Below, piece after piece: positions 23,940 through 37,855 of a stretch of DNA of 64,000 bases; the stretch's first letter is position 1, and the number at the start of each line of letters is the position of its first letter. The DNA comes from Octopus sinensis (taxonomy: Eukaryota), in the NCBI RefSeq assembly GCF_006345805.1, contig NC_043009.1:11408001-11472000 (forward strand). The letters are read 5' to 3'. The notes under the pieces were generated by a model that saw only the letters and a program-made list of their open reading frames with translations, searched no databases and was not told the DNA's origin. A program made the translations under genes and the position numbers.

Positions 23940-24784
23940 CATACATATATATATTATATATATATATTATGTGTGTGTGTGTGCGTGCGTTTGTATGTGT
24001 CTGTGTGTGTCTGTTCTGTGTGTGTATATATATTAGGCATCAGAGTGAATAAAATATTAGTTAATCTTATACTCGAGTTTCGCTATTAATGACCAAATAA
24101 AGTAATTTGGCATCTATAGAGCATTAGTAAGGTCGCTAAATAAATTCAGCAGTAAATAAATTCGGCTGTGTAATACACAGCTTAAGAATTGAAAAATTTT
24201 ACTGCATAAATATAAGTGTAAAAAATTATTCAAATAATTTATAACCGGTGGTTCTCATGTATAATAATAGTCATAAGACGTAAAATATTTTACATCAGAA
24301 TGTATAAAGTTTTAAATACGGAGAGAAGACTCTTGACATGACTTTTAACATGCTGAAAAGGGTAGTTAAAGCCAAACCACGAAAAACAAGTAATTCTTAA
24401 GGCACGCTGCTAATAGGCACCAGTGTTAATTAAAAAATAGTTAACCCTATACTCGAGTTTCGCTATTAATGACCAAATATATTTAATATGGCATCTGTAG
24501 CTCATTAGTAGGATCGCTAAAATGCATAATAACGTGGCTATAATACGCACCGAAAACACGAAGTAAACATGTGTGTGGACAGCTCTATCCTTAAACATTA
24601 TGGATTCAACCCTTGTGTCAGTGCGTATTCAGAATAGCACAGCAGTAAATAAATTCAGCTGTGTACTACACGGCTTATGAATTGAAAAAATTGACTATAT
24701 ATGAATATATATATATACATATGTGTGAGTGTGTATGGGTGTATGTATATAAATCTATATATATAACTATATATATATAATATA

Positions 24785-24824
<40 letters not shown>

Positions 24825-24911
24825 TATATAAATCTATATAATACCTACATACATACAACATACATAACATCATACATATATATATATATATATTAATATA
24901 TATACCTATAC

Positions 24912-24997
<86 letters not shown>

Positions 24998-25184
24998 TAT
25001 GAGTTCAGCAAAAATTGAGATTCAGATGAATATGGTACTTGAGTTGAGGCACCAGAAATTAGTACGGTATTATCCATACAATTCAAAGTAAAATGATTAA
25101 AATCAAAATAAGCAGCAAGCATATCCAGAGGATATCCTAGTTGCTTATTTTGATTTTAAATATTAATACATATATGAACGTATG

Positions 25185-25226
<42 letters not shown>

Positions 25227-25297
25227 CATACAACATACATATGTATATGTATGTGTATAAAGTTATATTTATATGTATGTATGCATATATATATATG

Positions 25298-25336
<39 letters not shown>

Positions 25337-26074
25337 ATATATATATATATTAATATATTATATATATAATATATATATATATAATATAGATATAGATATA
25401 GATATAATATAGATATAGATGTAGATATAGACAGATAGATAGATATAGACATATATACTACATATAATTATATATTATATACGATCCCTTTTGCTCGAAA
25501 TTCTATCCTCCCCCTTTTTTTGTTTCCTTTCCAAAAAGAAAAGCCCTACTTTGTATTTTGTCCCCTCTGTGTTTCGCTCTGTGAGGCCAATAAATAAACA
25601 TATTCCAACTAACATGATAGCAATCACTATCTTTAGTGATTCAATCATTATATGATAGGTTAGAAACGTGTTTTATCGATCGAGATCTGTCAGACGCCAT
25701 ATCAATCTATTGCCGAGCAACATACGAACTAAAGAGAAAATTTCTACGTGGATGATTGACTTGTTAGAAGAAAGAGTAGTGAAATCCACAGCAAGTTTTT
25801 CAGCACCCTCTTATAAAAAGAGAACACATATTAAAATCTACTTTTAAACGGAACGGTTACACATGGAACATGTTTGATTATGCGTATACTCCATTAATGG
25901 ACTAAAGCAGAACGACGTTACTTTAGCACAGCAGACAGATACGGATGGTACATGGACGTCGTTGGGAAAACTGCAAGAAATAATTACGAAACGTTCTTTA
26001 AATGTTTTCTACAGTGAGACAAATAACATTAATTATTGAAGGCTTAGATTTACTATGGTAAGGCGTCGAGGTGA

Positions 26075-26470
26075 CAACATCGTTGGTACGTCGGACAAAA
26101 TACTTAGCGATATTTTTCCGCCTTTATTATCTGAGTTCAAAGGCGGCGAGCTGGCAGAAACGTTAGCGCGCCGAGCGAAATGCTTAGCGATATTTCGTCT
26201 GTCTTTTCGTTCAGAGTTCGAATTCCGCCGAGGTCGACTTTGCCTTTCATCCTCTCGGCGTCGATAAATTAAGTACCAGTTACGCATTGGGGTCGATGTA
26301 ATCGACTTAATCCCTTTGTCTGTCCTTGTTTGTCACCTCTATGTTTAGCCCCTTGTGGGTATGCATCACTGAGTTCAAATGTCACCGGAGTCGACTTTGC
26401 CTTTAATTTTTGGGGGTTCGATAAAATAAGTGCTCGAAAGTGCTGGCCTTGTGCTAAAATTTGAAATCAA
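26075..26470 (+). mobile_element. Young family B SINE (26142-26360) nested in the B box of an older family B SINE
   Basis: CTGAGTTCAAA is duplicated at 26131-26141 and 26369-26379. Old head remnant lies upstream; old body and tail lie downstream. Confidence 0.75.
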
Positions 26471-26965
26471 TATTTCAAAAAGACTACGTTTTCTGAATTC
26501 TCTTCAAGCAACATCACAATTCTACATTTTAAGATCAACTTTTTTTGTAAGCTGGCAATTGAAATATTCCATAAATCGGGTTGATGCAGATATTAAAGAT
26601 AATTTTTAAACAACATCTCATCTGCCTCTAAACTATACTCTACACCCTAAAGCTACGACACAAGCTGAATCACAAGGGAGCTAATCTGAAATCTAATGGA
26701 AATGTGGTGTCATTTAGTCAGTTTCAATCTTCCTCTACACATTCCGGAAATCTTACAGTGGAGAAAATAGTCGATATACTCGGCAACTTGTGACATTTAT
26801 ACCTTCCCTTTCTCAGAGAACTTGAAGTTAATTTAACACCGAAATCCGAAACGTTATTTGAATGTCAGTTTCCCAAGTTCCTAGATATGCTCTCCCCTTT
26901 AGCAATAATCATTAATCGATTTACTTTATTTCCGTGAGATAGTTAACGATCATGTCTACAGACAA

Positions 26966-27563
26966 GGCGGCGAACTGGCAGAATCGTTAGCACGCCGGGC
27001 GAAATGCGTAGCCGTATTTCGTCTGCCGTTACGTTCTGAGTTCAAATTCCGCCGAGGTCGACTTTGCCTGTCATCCTATCGGGGTCGATAAATTAAGTAC
27101 AGTTATGCCACTGGGTACGATGTAATCGACTAATCTGTTTGTCTGTCCTTGTTTGTCTCTCTATGTTTAGCCCTCTGGGTAGTAAGAAATAGGTATTTCG
27201 TCTGCCGCTACGTTCTGAGTTCTTCAAATTCCGCCGAGGTCGACTTTGCCTTTCATTTCTTTCGGAGTCGATAAATTAAGTAGCAGTTACGCACTGGGGT
27301 CGATATAATCGACTTAATCCATTTGTCTATCCGTGTTTGTCCCCTCTATGTTTAGCCCCTTGTGGGTAGTAAAGAATAAGTATTTCGTCTGCCGCTACGT
27401 TCTGAGTTCAAATTCCGCCGAGGTCGACTTTACCTTTCATCCTTTCGGGGTCGATAAATTAAGTACCAGTTACGCACTGGGGTCGATATAATCGACTTAA
27501 TCCGTTTGTCTGTCCTTGTTTGTCCCCTCTATGTTAAGCCCCTTGTGGGCAATAAAGAAACAT
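26966..27563 (+). mobile_element. Family B SINE trimer bounded by one 17-bp TSD
   Basis: One head, then three units starting GTATTTCGTCTGCC (27014, 27193, 27380). ATCATGTCTACAGACAA occurs at 26949-26965 and 27564-27580. Confidence 0.9.
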
Positions 27564-27689
27564 ATCATGTCTACAGACAAACGGTAGTACCAGGAATGAA
27601 CTCGCAACCTCTATGTTGAACAACCAGCACACTGTCTACTTGATCACTGAGCGTCTTCAGAACGTTTACTTTGGCTAGTTTCTTAACTG

Positions 27690-27698
27690 GCGCATGCG
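27690..27698. promoter_or_regulatory. NRF1-like palindromic motif GCGCATGCG in unique sequence
   Basis: Motif is seen directly; function is unverified. Confidence 0.25.
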
Positions 27699-28665
27699 TC
27701 AGAAGTCTTTTTGCTTGGAAAATTACTTCTGTTTGATAAATAGTCACTTGAAAATGTCAGAATTGATTAAAATATTAATGACTCTTCGCAGTAGTTGCTG
27801 TTGATATTTATTGTTTTGAAACCGAAATTGCACAAAAGCAGCCATGAATTTGCGGATGATTATGGAAAATACACAAAAGTGAAATCTGATGTAAAATGTT
27901 AACTGTCGATGTTATACATTTTTAATTCATGACATAATCATCTCCCAGACGAAACTAACAATAGGAAGAAGAAACAAATAAATCACAAAGGAAATACCTA
28001 AACAAAAAAAGATATTATGAAGCAGATGCAAACGAATACACAATGATTTTAACAAGGAAATGAAAAATGTAGGCGTATCGAAACGAAAGGCAATGCTGTG
28101 AAAAACCATTCAGTGCTATGTAATGCAAATGAAAGCAAAAGTTAAATAATACAAAAAGAGAATTTATGAATTTCAGAGAGTATCAACAAATGTAAGCAGA
28201 TACAAACAATAATTTCACACCAAATATGAACGGAAGGTCTTTATATTAATTATACAGGTAAAACTGTGATGCAAAAAGACTTATTAAAATGCAATCTATT
28301 TACATTAACAGCTAGATAGGAAGTAATAATTGAAAGGAAAATTATTCAATAGGTAGGAATAATATTGGAGAACAGATTAATTGTTGAGTAAATACGGCAT
28401 TAAACAGGAAGCCTTGTGGTTATAATATATGGAGCACAGAGCGAAAAGCTGAATAATTTTGAACATGAAACAGGGATTAAAATATTTATGAGAGAAGATT
28501 CTTGCATGAAAAATGAATAAGAGTACGGGCAAAGAGTTCATTTCTGTTTTAAATTTCTCATTCCTCCTCAAAAGGAAATGTTTTTGTTTTCAAGATATAA
28601 TGAATGGAAACATTATAAAAAGAAAAACCAGAAATAACAGATGTGTAAGAAATATCTATGTACAT

Positions 28666-28696
<31 letters not shown>

Positions 28697-28703
28697 CATA
28701 AAT

Positions 28704-28738
<35 letters not shown>

Positions 28739-28739
28739 A

Positions 28740-28770
<31 letters not shown>

Positions 28771-28911
28771 CATATACTATATATATATATATATACATAT
28801 ATATATACATAAATATACGTACGTATATATATACATATACAGATATATATATATATATATATGTATTATATACCTATATACCTACATATATGTTATATTC
28901 ATATATATATG

Positions 28912-28962
<51 letters not shown>

Positions 28963-29166
28963 ACATACACATATACATCTGTGTGTGTTTGTGTGTATGT
29001 GTGTGTTTATATATATAATTGATAGGAGAAGCAATTACATTAGGAAGCGAGCTTGGATTATAATTACACGTATAAGAAAACAAGAAGCTGGAATAAGATT
29101 TATAAGAATCGTACTGGCATGGCTAAACGTTAGCCAAAGAACAATAAGAGAAATTTAAAACAAGAG

Positions 29167-29235
<69 letters not shown>

Positions 29236-29812
29236 ATATATATGTATATATATACATAATATATATTACATTGTTGACTATAAAGCTTTGCAGTGTGCAG
29301 ACGATATTTTATGAGATAACAAAAAGAAAAGATAATATGATTAATCCTTATTACATAAGATTTTTGAAGCGCCGCCATTGCAATAGTTCTGCAGTTTTGC
29401 TCCGACCTTCTGTCTATAAATTCTAACTGATTTTTGCTCTCTGTCTAATACATTTATCTTATAAATTGGTAGGTTTTTGGCTTTTGTTTTCATTGTAATT
29501 TTTTTTCTCTCATTCTATTTCACATTCTGGCGGCTACGTTCACACACCTACATATAAACAAGCACTTTGCACATACGCAGACAAATATACGCACACCAAT
29601 ATACGCAGAGAAACACCCACTATGAATATCTATGTATTCGTCCATGTGAGAATAAATAAACACAGACAAATATATAACTGTTTACGCAATTGTAAATATG
29701 TGTGTACAGGAAACAATATACACAAACAGTTACATAAAAATATTCTAATGGGGAAGAACGTAAAGTGTATTGTGGAATATATGTATATGTGTATATATAT
29801 GTGTATATATAG

Positions 29813-29874
<62 letters not shown>

Positions 29875-30336
29875 ATATATATATATATTATATACATATA
29901 TATATACATATATATATATATGTATATATATACGTACATATATATATGTGATATATATATATATATATATATCTATATATATATATGTATCTATGTATAT
30001 ATATATATATATGTATGTATGTGTATATATATATATATATTGTATATATATATATGTATGTATGTATGTATATATGTATATATATATATATATAAATTTT
30101 AGTTTTAAATGCACTCTACTTCATGAATAAACATTTTCTTTCACACAGTGCTTAAATGTATAAATGTACGCTCATATACCTACATATACACGTATATGTA
30201 TGTGTGTGTATATTTGTGTGAGCGCGCGTGCGTGTGCGTGTATAACGATTTGTAAATACAAATTTACTTACCATCTACAGTATCAGCAGTTCCTAACTGA
30301 TATATATATTATGTATATATGTATATATATATATAT

Positions 30337-30389
<53 letters not shown>

Positions 30390-30504
30390 GTGTGTGAGTC
30401 TGTATGTGTTTGTGTGTGTGTCTGTAGGTGTGTATGTGCGTGTATGCATTTAAGATAATTTTTAAGTCACAACTGATTGTGATTTTGATGCCTCGTCTTT
30501 GTAG

Positions 30505-30545
30505 CCTTCGTCTGATGAAGGAGTACAGACCGAAACGTCGAATCA
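30505..30545 (+). ncRNA. Degenerate minimal hammerhead motif of the Penelope type
   Basis: CTGATGA-A-GG-agtacaga-CC-GAAA-CGTC at 30512-30539. Stem I pairs poorly. Confidence 0.35.
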
Positions 30546-30904
30546 CTGTCAACGCCTTCTGATAATACAACGTATTTGATACTCTAATTAAAGGCATTAC
30601 ATGATTCTTCAATTAATCACTTCTGTTTTTATACATAGCATGCACATATATACACATGTGTGTGTGTGCATGTGCGTGTGGGGGTGGTGAAGTTATGCAT
30701 GTATATATATGTATGTATATATATATATATACACACATATATATAAGTATACATATACTAACATGCATACATAAATACTACATTACATAGAAATACACTT
30801 GTACATAAACACACAACTCGTCAAACACATATTCAGTACGTGTGTATGCGTATGTGTGCGCGTTTATGTATAAATGAAAGAAGAAAAGACTGGCAAAGAT
30901 ATAT

Positions 30905-31982
30905 ATAGCAACTGAAGAAGGGTTTTTTTCTTTGTGTTAATTGTCCTGTACTCTATTTTTTTGTTGTTTTAAAAAAATGTCCAGTTCCTTTGGTTTGTGT
31001 CTATGTTTTCGTTTCTCATTGTGTTCGACGTCCTTTTGGTGTCCTGTACTCATATATGCATGTATATGTACATGTAGAGGTAGGTACGTATATATATGTT
31101 TATATATATGCATATGTTTTATTTTATTTATTAATATATTATATGACGAAACGCACGCATCCCTTTTAAGTAACATTGTTCTTTATATCAAGTTTTGTTC
31201 TTGATATTAACTTTGATGCGCACTCTTAAACTTTCTGTCCCATTCCTTTCTCAGCCTTCATTCTTTGATTTCCTTTTCCTCTACTTAACTTGTCTCTTCC
31301 TCTCTCTCATTCTTCGCTCTCTCTCTCCGCCTCTCCATTCTTCATGGTTTCCTCGCAGCCATTCCCCTTCTTCTCTCCCTTTCTCGTGCTCCTCCTCCCC
31401 CTCCCGTCGTTCACCCGCAACGAGACTTCTGCTACTGTCTTTCTGGCCTGGCCCTCTCAAGGTAATGGACGACAATTCTTTTTGCTCCGCTCGTCGTTCA
31501 TAAAAAATTCCGCGTTCGCAATACTTTTTTTCGTTCGGCGTTAACAGCCCTTCTTATCTTGTTTTTCCTTGACCTGTCTTTTACTGTTTATAATTTGTAC
31601 TGTCGTTACTGTCCTGTTTTTGTTACCATTTTTTACCCCTCTGCGAAAAGATCTCAGAATTTTAATTGATTTGCTTTTCGCAGGAAGGAAAGTTTCTTGT
31701 CGAAGATACGTCTCGCTTTTATCCTTCGAAACGTAGAGTAGATGAAACCATAGCGACTGAAGAAGGGTTTTTTTCTTTGTGTTAATTGTCCTGTACTCTA
31801 TTTTTTTGTTGTTTTAAAAAAATGTCCAGTTCCTTTGGTTTGTGTCTATGTTTTCGTTTCTCATTGTGTTCGACGTCCTTTTGGTGTCCTGTACTCATAT
31901 ATGCATGTATATGTACATGTAGAGGTAGGTACGTACATATGTGTTTATATATATGCATATGTTTTATTTTATTTATTAATAT
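30905..31982 (+). mobile_element. Family F partially tandem repeat, period 845 bp with about 225-bp terminal direct repeat
   Basis: CTGAAGAAGGG...TTATTAAT at 30912-31138 recurs at 31757-31982. It is homologous to the reverse complement of 7385-8684. Confidence 0.7.
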
Positions 31983-33453
31983 ATATATATATAGAAAGAG
32001 AGAGAGAGAGAGAGAGGGAGATGACAGCGAGACAGAGAGAGAAATAGAGAGAGGGAATTTACGTTGTTCTCAGATCTTATCGTGACAAACTATATAGTAT
32101 TATATTAGAGAATATAGTGCCTTGTTTTGGGAAAAGGGTTTTCTACTAAGTAATTAGTACTATTATTGCAAGGCTTAATTGGGAGATGATCAACTTCCTT
32201 CTTCACTTTACCATAACCGAAGTTTCTGCTTCGAATGATTCTTCAAATCAAAGGCTCGTCTCTTCGAAACAGCGACCAAGAGAAATTAACATAATTTATC
32301 TTTCTTGTCGCATAAGCGTTTTCTTGCATGTGTTAACTTTTTTCTGTTTGGTTGGCTTACTGTTTCTTTTGTAACTCTTTTTATTTACAAGTAGAGAATT
32401 TTAAAGTATTTTCCGACAAATTATGAATGTGCGTTTTCCTCTATCCACTCTCGGTCTCTAAATCCTCACATCTCAGTATTTTACGAAAAAAACATAGGAG
32501 AGATTTGTTAATAGCAAAACCGTTAACAATTCGTAAAATAACTGAGAGATCCTATTAAAATATAAGGCCATTCTCAGTAAGTCCTCGCCTTTTTTTCCAA
32601 TTGACGTGGAGTAATCCCAGGAAATCATTAATGATTAGGCGAATAGTCCAAGCATTCTATTCTCCTGATGTCGCTAATTTCACATAACCGTTTTTCTCCA
32701 TATAGAGAAACATCAACGCAAGTAACTCGGGCACCCAGGCCAATTTTCCTTACGTATTCTTTCGGATGGAAAATTCATCTAGCTATACAAATTGATTTTC
32801 ATTTTACATGTAACCCATTTCCTTTGACAATCAATCTTCCCGATAGTATTCGAATTACGTTTTCAAGTCCTCTTGTGTGTATTTAGTATTTCCTAACGTA
32901 ACTTTGGCAGTGCTATTCTTTGAATACTTCTACGTTATGATATCGACTCAAGGTCTATCCCTTACGAAGCTATTCCTTACCCTGTTTTTTTCTCTTTTTT
33001 TAAATTTGATTTTGTTATTGTTATATATGTTAACTCAATGGTCGTCATTAGCGTTACTGTAGAAATTACTTTCCGATATCTACAAAGTATTAGTGTTAGG
33101 AGGTTTTTATTCTTGCTATTGTCATTTACATAGATGTTATTTACATAGATGCAACACTTATTAAATGAATATGCATGGCTGAATGTATTACACTCATGAT
33201 CATAAGATTGTAGTTTCGATTTCCTGACCAGGTGATGCGATGTGTTCATCAGCTTAACATTTCATTTCAGATTCGTCCTTCAGTTATAAATTACTTCTAT
33301 CAATAAACTGGGAATTTAAACCTGCGACCGAGCAGAGTTTGCTCAGGGGCAAGTGTTGTAATATCATTCACTTATACGCCCTGGAAGTTAGGTTAAGTTT
33401 CAGCCTAATATGCCTTAAAGCTCATGCCTAACCTAGTCCTATAGTGTTGTTAG

Positions 33454-33803
33454 TGTTTTGATCCAGGTTAGTCCTGACCAAACATTGGTTGAACAATAGC
33501 CAAACACAAGTACGTGTACATTGTTGGCAGACCTTACTTGCTCCTTCAAAAAGCACCATCAATCGACACCTTTATGAGTTCTGCTTCGTGAATGGACGTT
33601 GAAGAGAAGCTCCTTGTGGACAGACCAATGACCAGGCGCAAACACAATTGAACATTTGCAAACCTAAATAGTGTTGGTGGAAGTGCGGTTCGCTTTTGAC
33701 TTCCCCTAGTAATTTGATAGCGAAGCATCAACTGAAATTTTTTTCCACTCCGCCAGTACACAAGGTGATGATGTTTTGTTCCAGGTTATTCCTGACCAAA
33801 CAT
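33454..33803 (+). repeat. Mariner-derived segment of about 280 bp enclosed by 32-bp direct repeats
   Basis: 33486-33758 is a diverged copy of 35337-35610. Flanks are TGTTTTG(A/T)TCCAGGTTA(G/T)TCCTGACCAAACAT at 33454-33485 and 33772-33803. Confidence 0.7.
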
Positions 33804-34978
33804 CCTATGACCAAAGATATTCTAGATATAATCATCATTTTAATTGGGGGTTTTTTCAGGTACTAAATTCCATTACCCTACGTGCTGCTAAATTTTAAGA
33901 AATGTTGGTGTAATTTGAGAATTTTTCTTTCAGTTCTACCTGAGTGTGAACCTGCATAGTTGCTCTCTAGTTGGCTCATTCTAATATATATGATGTTGAT
34001 AATGTTGCAGATAATGCTGGAGTTGTTGCTATGTAGTCAATATTTCGTGATAGATAAAATTAGTCGTATTTCTTTACTGATTCTCTGTAAGAGAAAGTTA
34101 GATGCCATTACTAAAAGAAACATCTTCCATCGTCACCGTTGTAGCCATGTAGAAATTAATTTCTGGTGTGAAAGCAGAAATAAATAAACAACAAACTTTC
34201 TTTATCTAAATAGGAAAAGATATATCACAATTTAGCTGTCTTCCTCTACCTTCATAAACTAACTATAAAATATTCACAACAAATCGAAATTACGTTAAAA
34301 AAAAGTACTATTATAGTAAGTCAAACATTCTGCGGGAAGCTAACATCAACAGCAATAACCATAACCATAAGAAGAACAATAACAAGAAGTAAAGTAATGA
34401 ATAATTGAAGTACGAATAATGAGTAAAATGGTATAAAAATAAATATTTAGAAGGTAATAACGAGCAAGAAATACTCGAGTAAAAGACGGAGAAATAGAAT
34501 GAAAAATTAGCTACTGCACAGAAAATATATTTCGTGGAATGACAAAGGTGGCTTTGAAATGTTCTGCAACCATGTTGATTGCCCGGAAATTTAAACACAG
34601 AATCGGGAAGCTGACTGAGTAACTCCGCATCAACAACTATAGACTGCATACTAATGAAAAAAAAAATTAATGAGTCAATGTGAGCGCCTTTATATGATCA
34701 CTCGACTTGCTAAAAATAATTGCTAAATCTACCTCAAATCAGGTGCTGCCATTTTAAAGAGAAAATAACAGTTGCTGATATATTTGTATGCATGCCCGTA
34801 AAAAGATAGGATAGTCATTGTTGGACTGTATCTGATGATAGTGTTGCTCGATCACAGTTGAGTTGGAGCTAAAATATAACAGTAACAAAAACAACCCCAG
34901 GAGGGAGGATGTAAATCATAGACGTTGAGTATATGTTGCATTTTATAAAAGAATTTCACACACACACACACACACACA

Positions 34979-35610
34979 AGGTTGAGTCAAATTCTTTTTC
35001 ATAACTTGCATCTCTGTGTTATATAATTAATTTGATTCAGCTTGTTATCCAATCATTGGTGAATATATATTTTTTTTATAGATAACAAATAAACAGTATT
35101 GTTTATTTCTAAATTCAAGGTTTTGATAATGAATGGTGGAAAATGGCTACCTTTAAAGAAAAGGCCTGAGAGTAAGGGCAACGACGAAAGAAATCAATGA
35201 TGTGAGGACCCAGAAACTGCCAACAAACGTGTGGCACAAAACTGGTTCAGACGTTTTAACGAAGGTGATACCAGTCTCGAAGGCAAATCAAGCTGAGGGA
35301 AACCGTTTGTTGTGGAAGATAAGGCCATGCACGAAATGGTTGAACAACAACCAAGCACAAGTACAGTGCATTGTTGGGAGACCTTACTTGATCCTTCACA
35401 AAGCACTATCAATCGACACCTTTATGAGTTCTGCCTCTTGAATAGACGTTGACGAGAAGCTCCTCGTGGACAGACCAATGACCAGGCGCAAACACAACTG
35501 AACTTTTGCAAACTTAAATTGTGTTGGTGGATGTGCAGTTCGCTTTTGACTTCCCCTAGTAATTTGATAGCGAAGCATCAACTGAAATTTTATTCCACTC
35601 CGCCAGTACC
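34979..35610 (+). pseudogene. Decayed mariner transposase 5' part (HTH region)
   Basis: With frameshifts and stops it reads ...EINDV..ETANKRVAQNWFRRFNEGDTSLE...MHEMVEQQPSTST...STINRHL...APRGQTNDQAQ. A TIR-like AGGTTGAGTCAAA lies near 34979. Confidence 0.7.
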
Positions 35611-35779
35611 AACAGTGAACATGCCTAGCATAAGCCACAAATCTTTTAAATGCCTCGTTTATCTGCGTTGCTGTGTGATAACAACCACTACAATAAGGAA
35701 TGAAAAACGTAATGGCAGAGCACACCAACAATAAACCACTAATATTAATAATATAAACAGAGTTACGGCAAACATTACA

Positions 35780-35780
35780 G

Positions 35781-35811
<31 letters not shown>

Positions 35812-35883
35812 TTTCTACTACCACCACTACTACTACTACTACCACTACTACTACTACCATCACCACCACCACTACTACTACTT

Positions 35884-35932
<49 letters not shown>

Positions 35933-35933
35933 C

Positions 35934-35966
<33 letters not shown>

Positions 35967-35975
35967 GCTGCTGCT
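35780..35975. repeat. (CTA)n/(CCA)n/(CTG)n compound triplet repeat
   Basis: Direct reading. Confidence 0.95.
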
Positions 35976-37609
35976 GCTACAGTGTGTAACACCGCTTTTA
36001 CCACTCCCCCATGCCGTCATAAAATCACCACTACTATCACTATAAACAACCCAGTTGCTTACGCCAGCTGTTGCTCACACCATCCTACCATGCCTACCAT
36101 TGCTAGTCTCTACATCGCCGCAACTGCAATCCCCACCACCACCGCGACCACCAGAAACACCAATAAAAATTTTAATTCATTGACCATCATTTACATGTGT
36201 AAATAGCAACTGTGCCAATGAATGCCTCCAGTTTTATTAAATCCTATCCAAAGAGCTTTAGATTGCTCGTGATTTTTGATTTCTACATTTTATTTTTGTT
36301 GCCATTATATTTCAGTTTTGTTCATATTTTCTCCTTTTTTGGAGGAGGTTTTAGGGTAGTAATGGCGAGTGGTGTGTAGACATACGTTGTTAAATTTCTT
36401 TTCAATTAATTCCTTGTAATTAACTTTCAGCTGTTTTTATGTATTTTTGTTTCATTATATAAAGCAATATCTCACATTTTACGATAGGGAACAGGTATGC
36501 AGAAACGATAGAAAAAACTGTTTTGTTTAGTTACTGTGAGAATCGATATAATGAAACTATAGTCGGGATTTGATTCGCTCAACATACCGTTACGTCATTG
36601 TACCTGAAAGTATGACTACGACCAGTTAAATCACGATTAAAATTAACAGTATCATTTCAATTACGGTTTCAAGAATTTCATGAGAGCTTCTATGGTAAAA
36701 CCTGCTGCCATTATATGTTTCTGAAGTGTTAACAGCATTGTCTTTTGGAGTGAATTATGCTCTTTTTTTATGTTGTCTTTCTTGTTATTTTAGTGTTTTG
36801 TCTGTCTGTATAGAATATGTGTTGAGTGATTTACAGTACTCTACGGTATCTTTTATCTTTTTGTTTTTAATTTCCATCTCGATCATTGAACTGAAAGTGT
36901 TTGTCATTTGCAACGCATCTTTGTCATAAGACTGAAGCCGCTGTATCAAATTCATTATGCCAATGTCAGGACGGTTAGTAGCGAACTCTATATTTGACAA
37001 CAATAGTGTCACTCCCCAACGCTGTATCTGGTGAATTCTCTTTGTACTTTTATTCAGTAGGAATGTTGTGATCTTCGCAAATGTTCCACTGAAAACAACT
37101 GCCCTTTTCATCTCAATGCATCACGAAAGAGTATCCTGTTAAAATATTCCTAATGGATTGCTCAATCTGCTAACAACACTGTCTTTGTATATATTATTTA
37201 TATTACTCATTTCCAAGATACTGACCTTCAAATAGATGTATTTAGAATTCGGTTTCTACTTTTGTGTATTTTTTCTCTTTTTATATGTAGCCTTTTTCAT
37301 TCTGCATTCTCACATTCCGGTTCGTTAATGCGTCTCGAGATCTGCCTATGAATATCTTAACTGGAAAAGGTTTTTTAATAATTTTCTCATTTACTTTATT
37401 TCTTTATTCCATTATTCTATTCTTTCAAAGGACTGTAGCAACGCCTTAAAGAGTTTAAACGATCAGCACTTATTTCACATCGATACATATGTTATCGATC
37501 TCTATTTTTCGAAAAATTAAGTTACAGGACATAAAGAGATGCAATATAAACCACATCAGGCATAAATAAAAAAAAAAAACAGACATCTATTTCTCGTATA
37601 CAGAGAAAT

Positions 37610-37629
37610 AGATAGATGTGTCGATAAAT

Positions 37630-37680
<51 letters not shown>

Positions 37681-37711
37681 AGAGGATATATATATATATA
37701 TATGTATATAC

Positions 37712-37778
<67 letters not shown>

Positions 37779-37796
37779 GACAGACAAATAGAGAGA

Positions 37797-37844
<48 letters not shown>

Positions 37845-37855
37845 AAGACAGGCAG
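37610..37855. repeat. (GATA)n/(GA)n/(GACA)n microsatellite
   Basis: Direct reading. Confidence 0.95.

Noticed and set aside
26966-27563. CRISPR-like or satellite array
   Set aside because: The units are about 185-bp SINE bodies without unique spacers, in eukaryotic context.
31722-31768. Functional type II hammerhead in family F (CCTTCGAAACGTA...CTGAAGAAGGG)
   Set aside because: Core words are present and stem II is weakly possible, but the intervening 21 nt form no stem I in any copy.
36785-37111. 108-aa ORF containing NRPDI
   Set aside because: It may be a very old RLE-LINE remnant, but one short motif is not enough to call.
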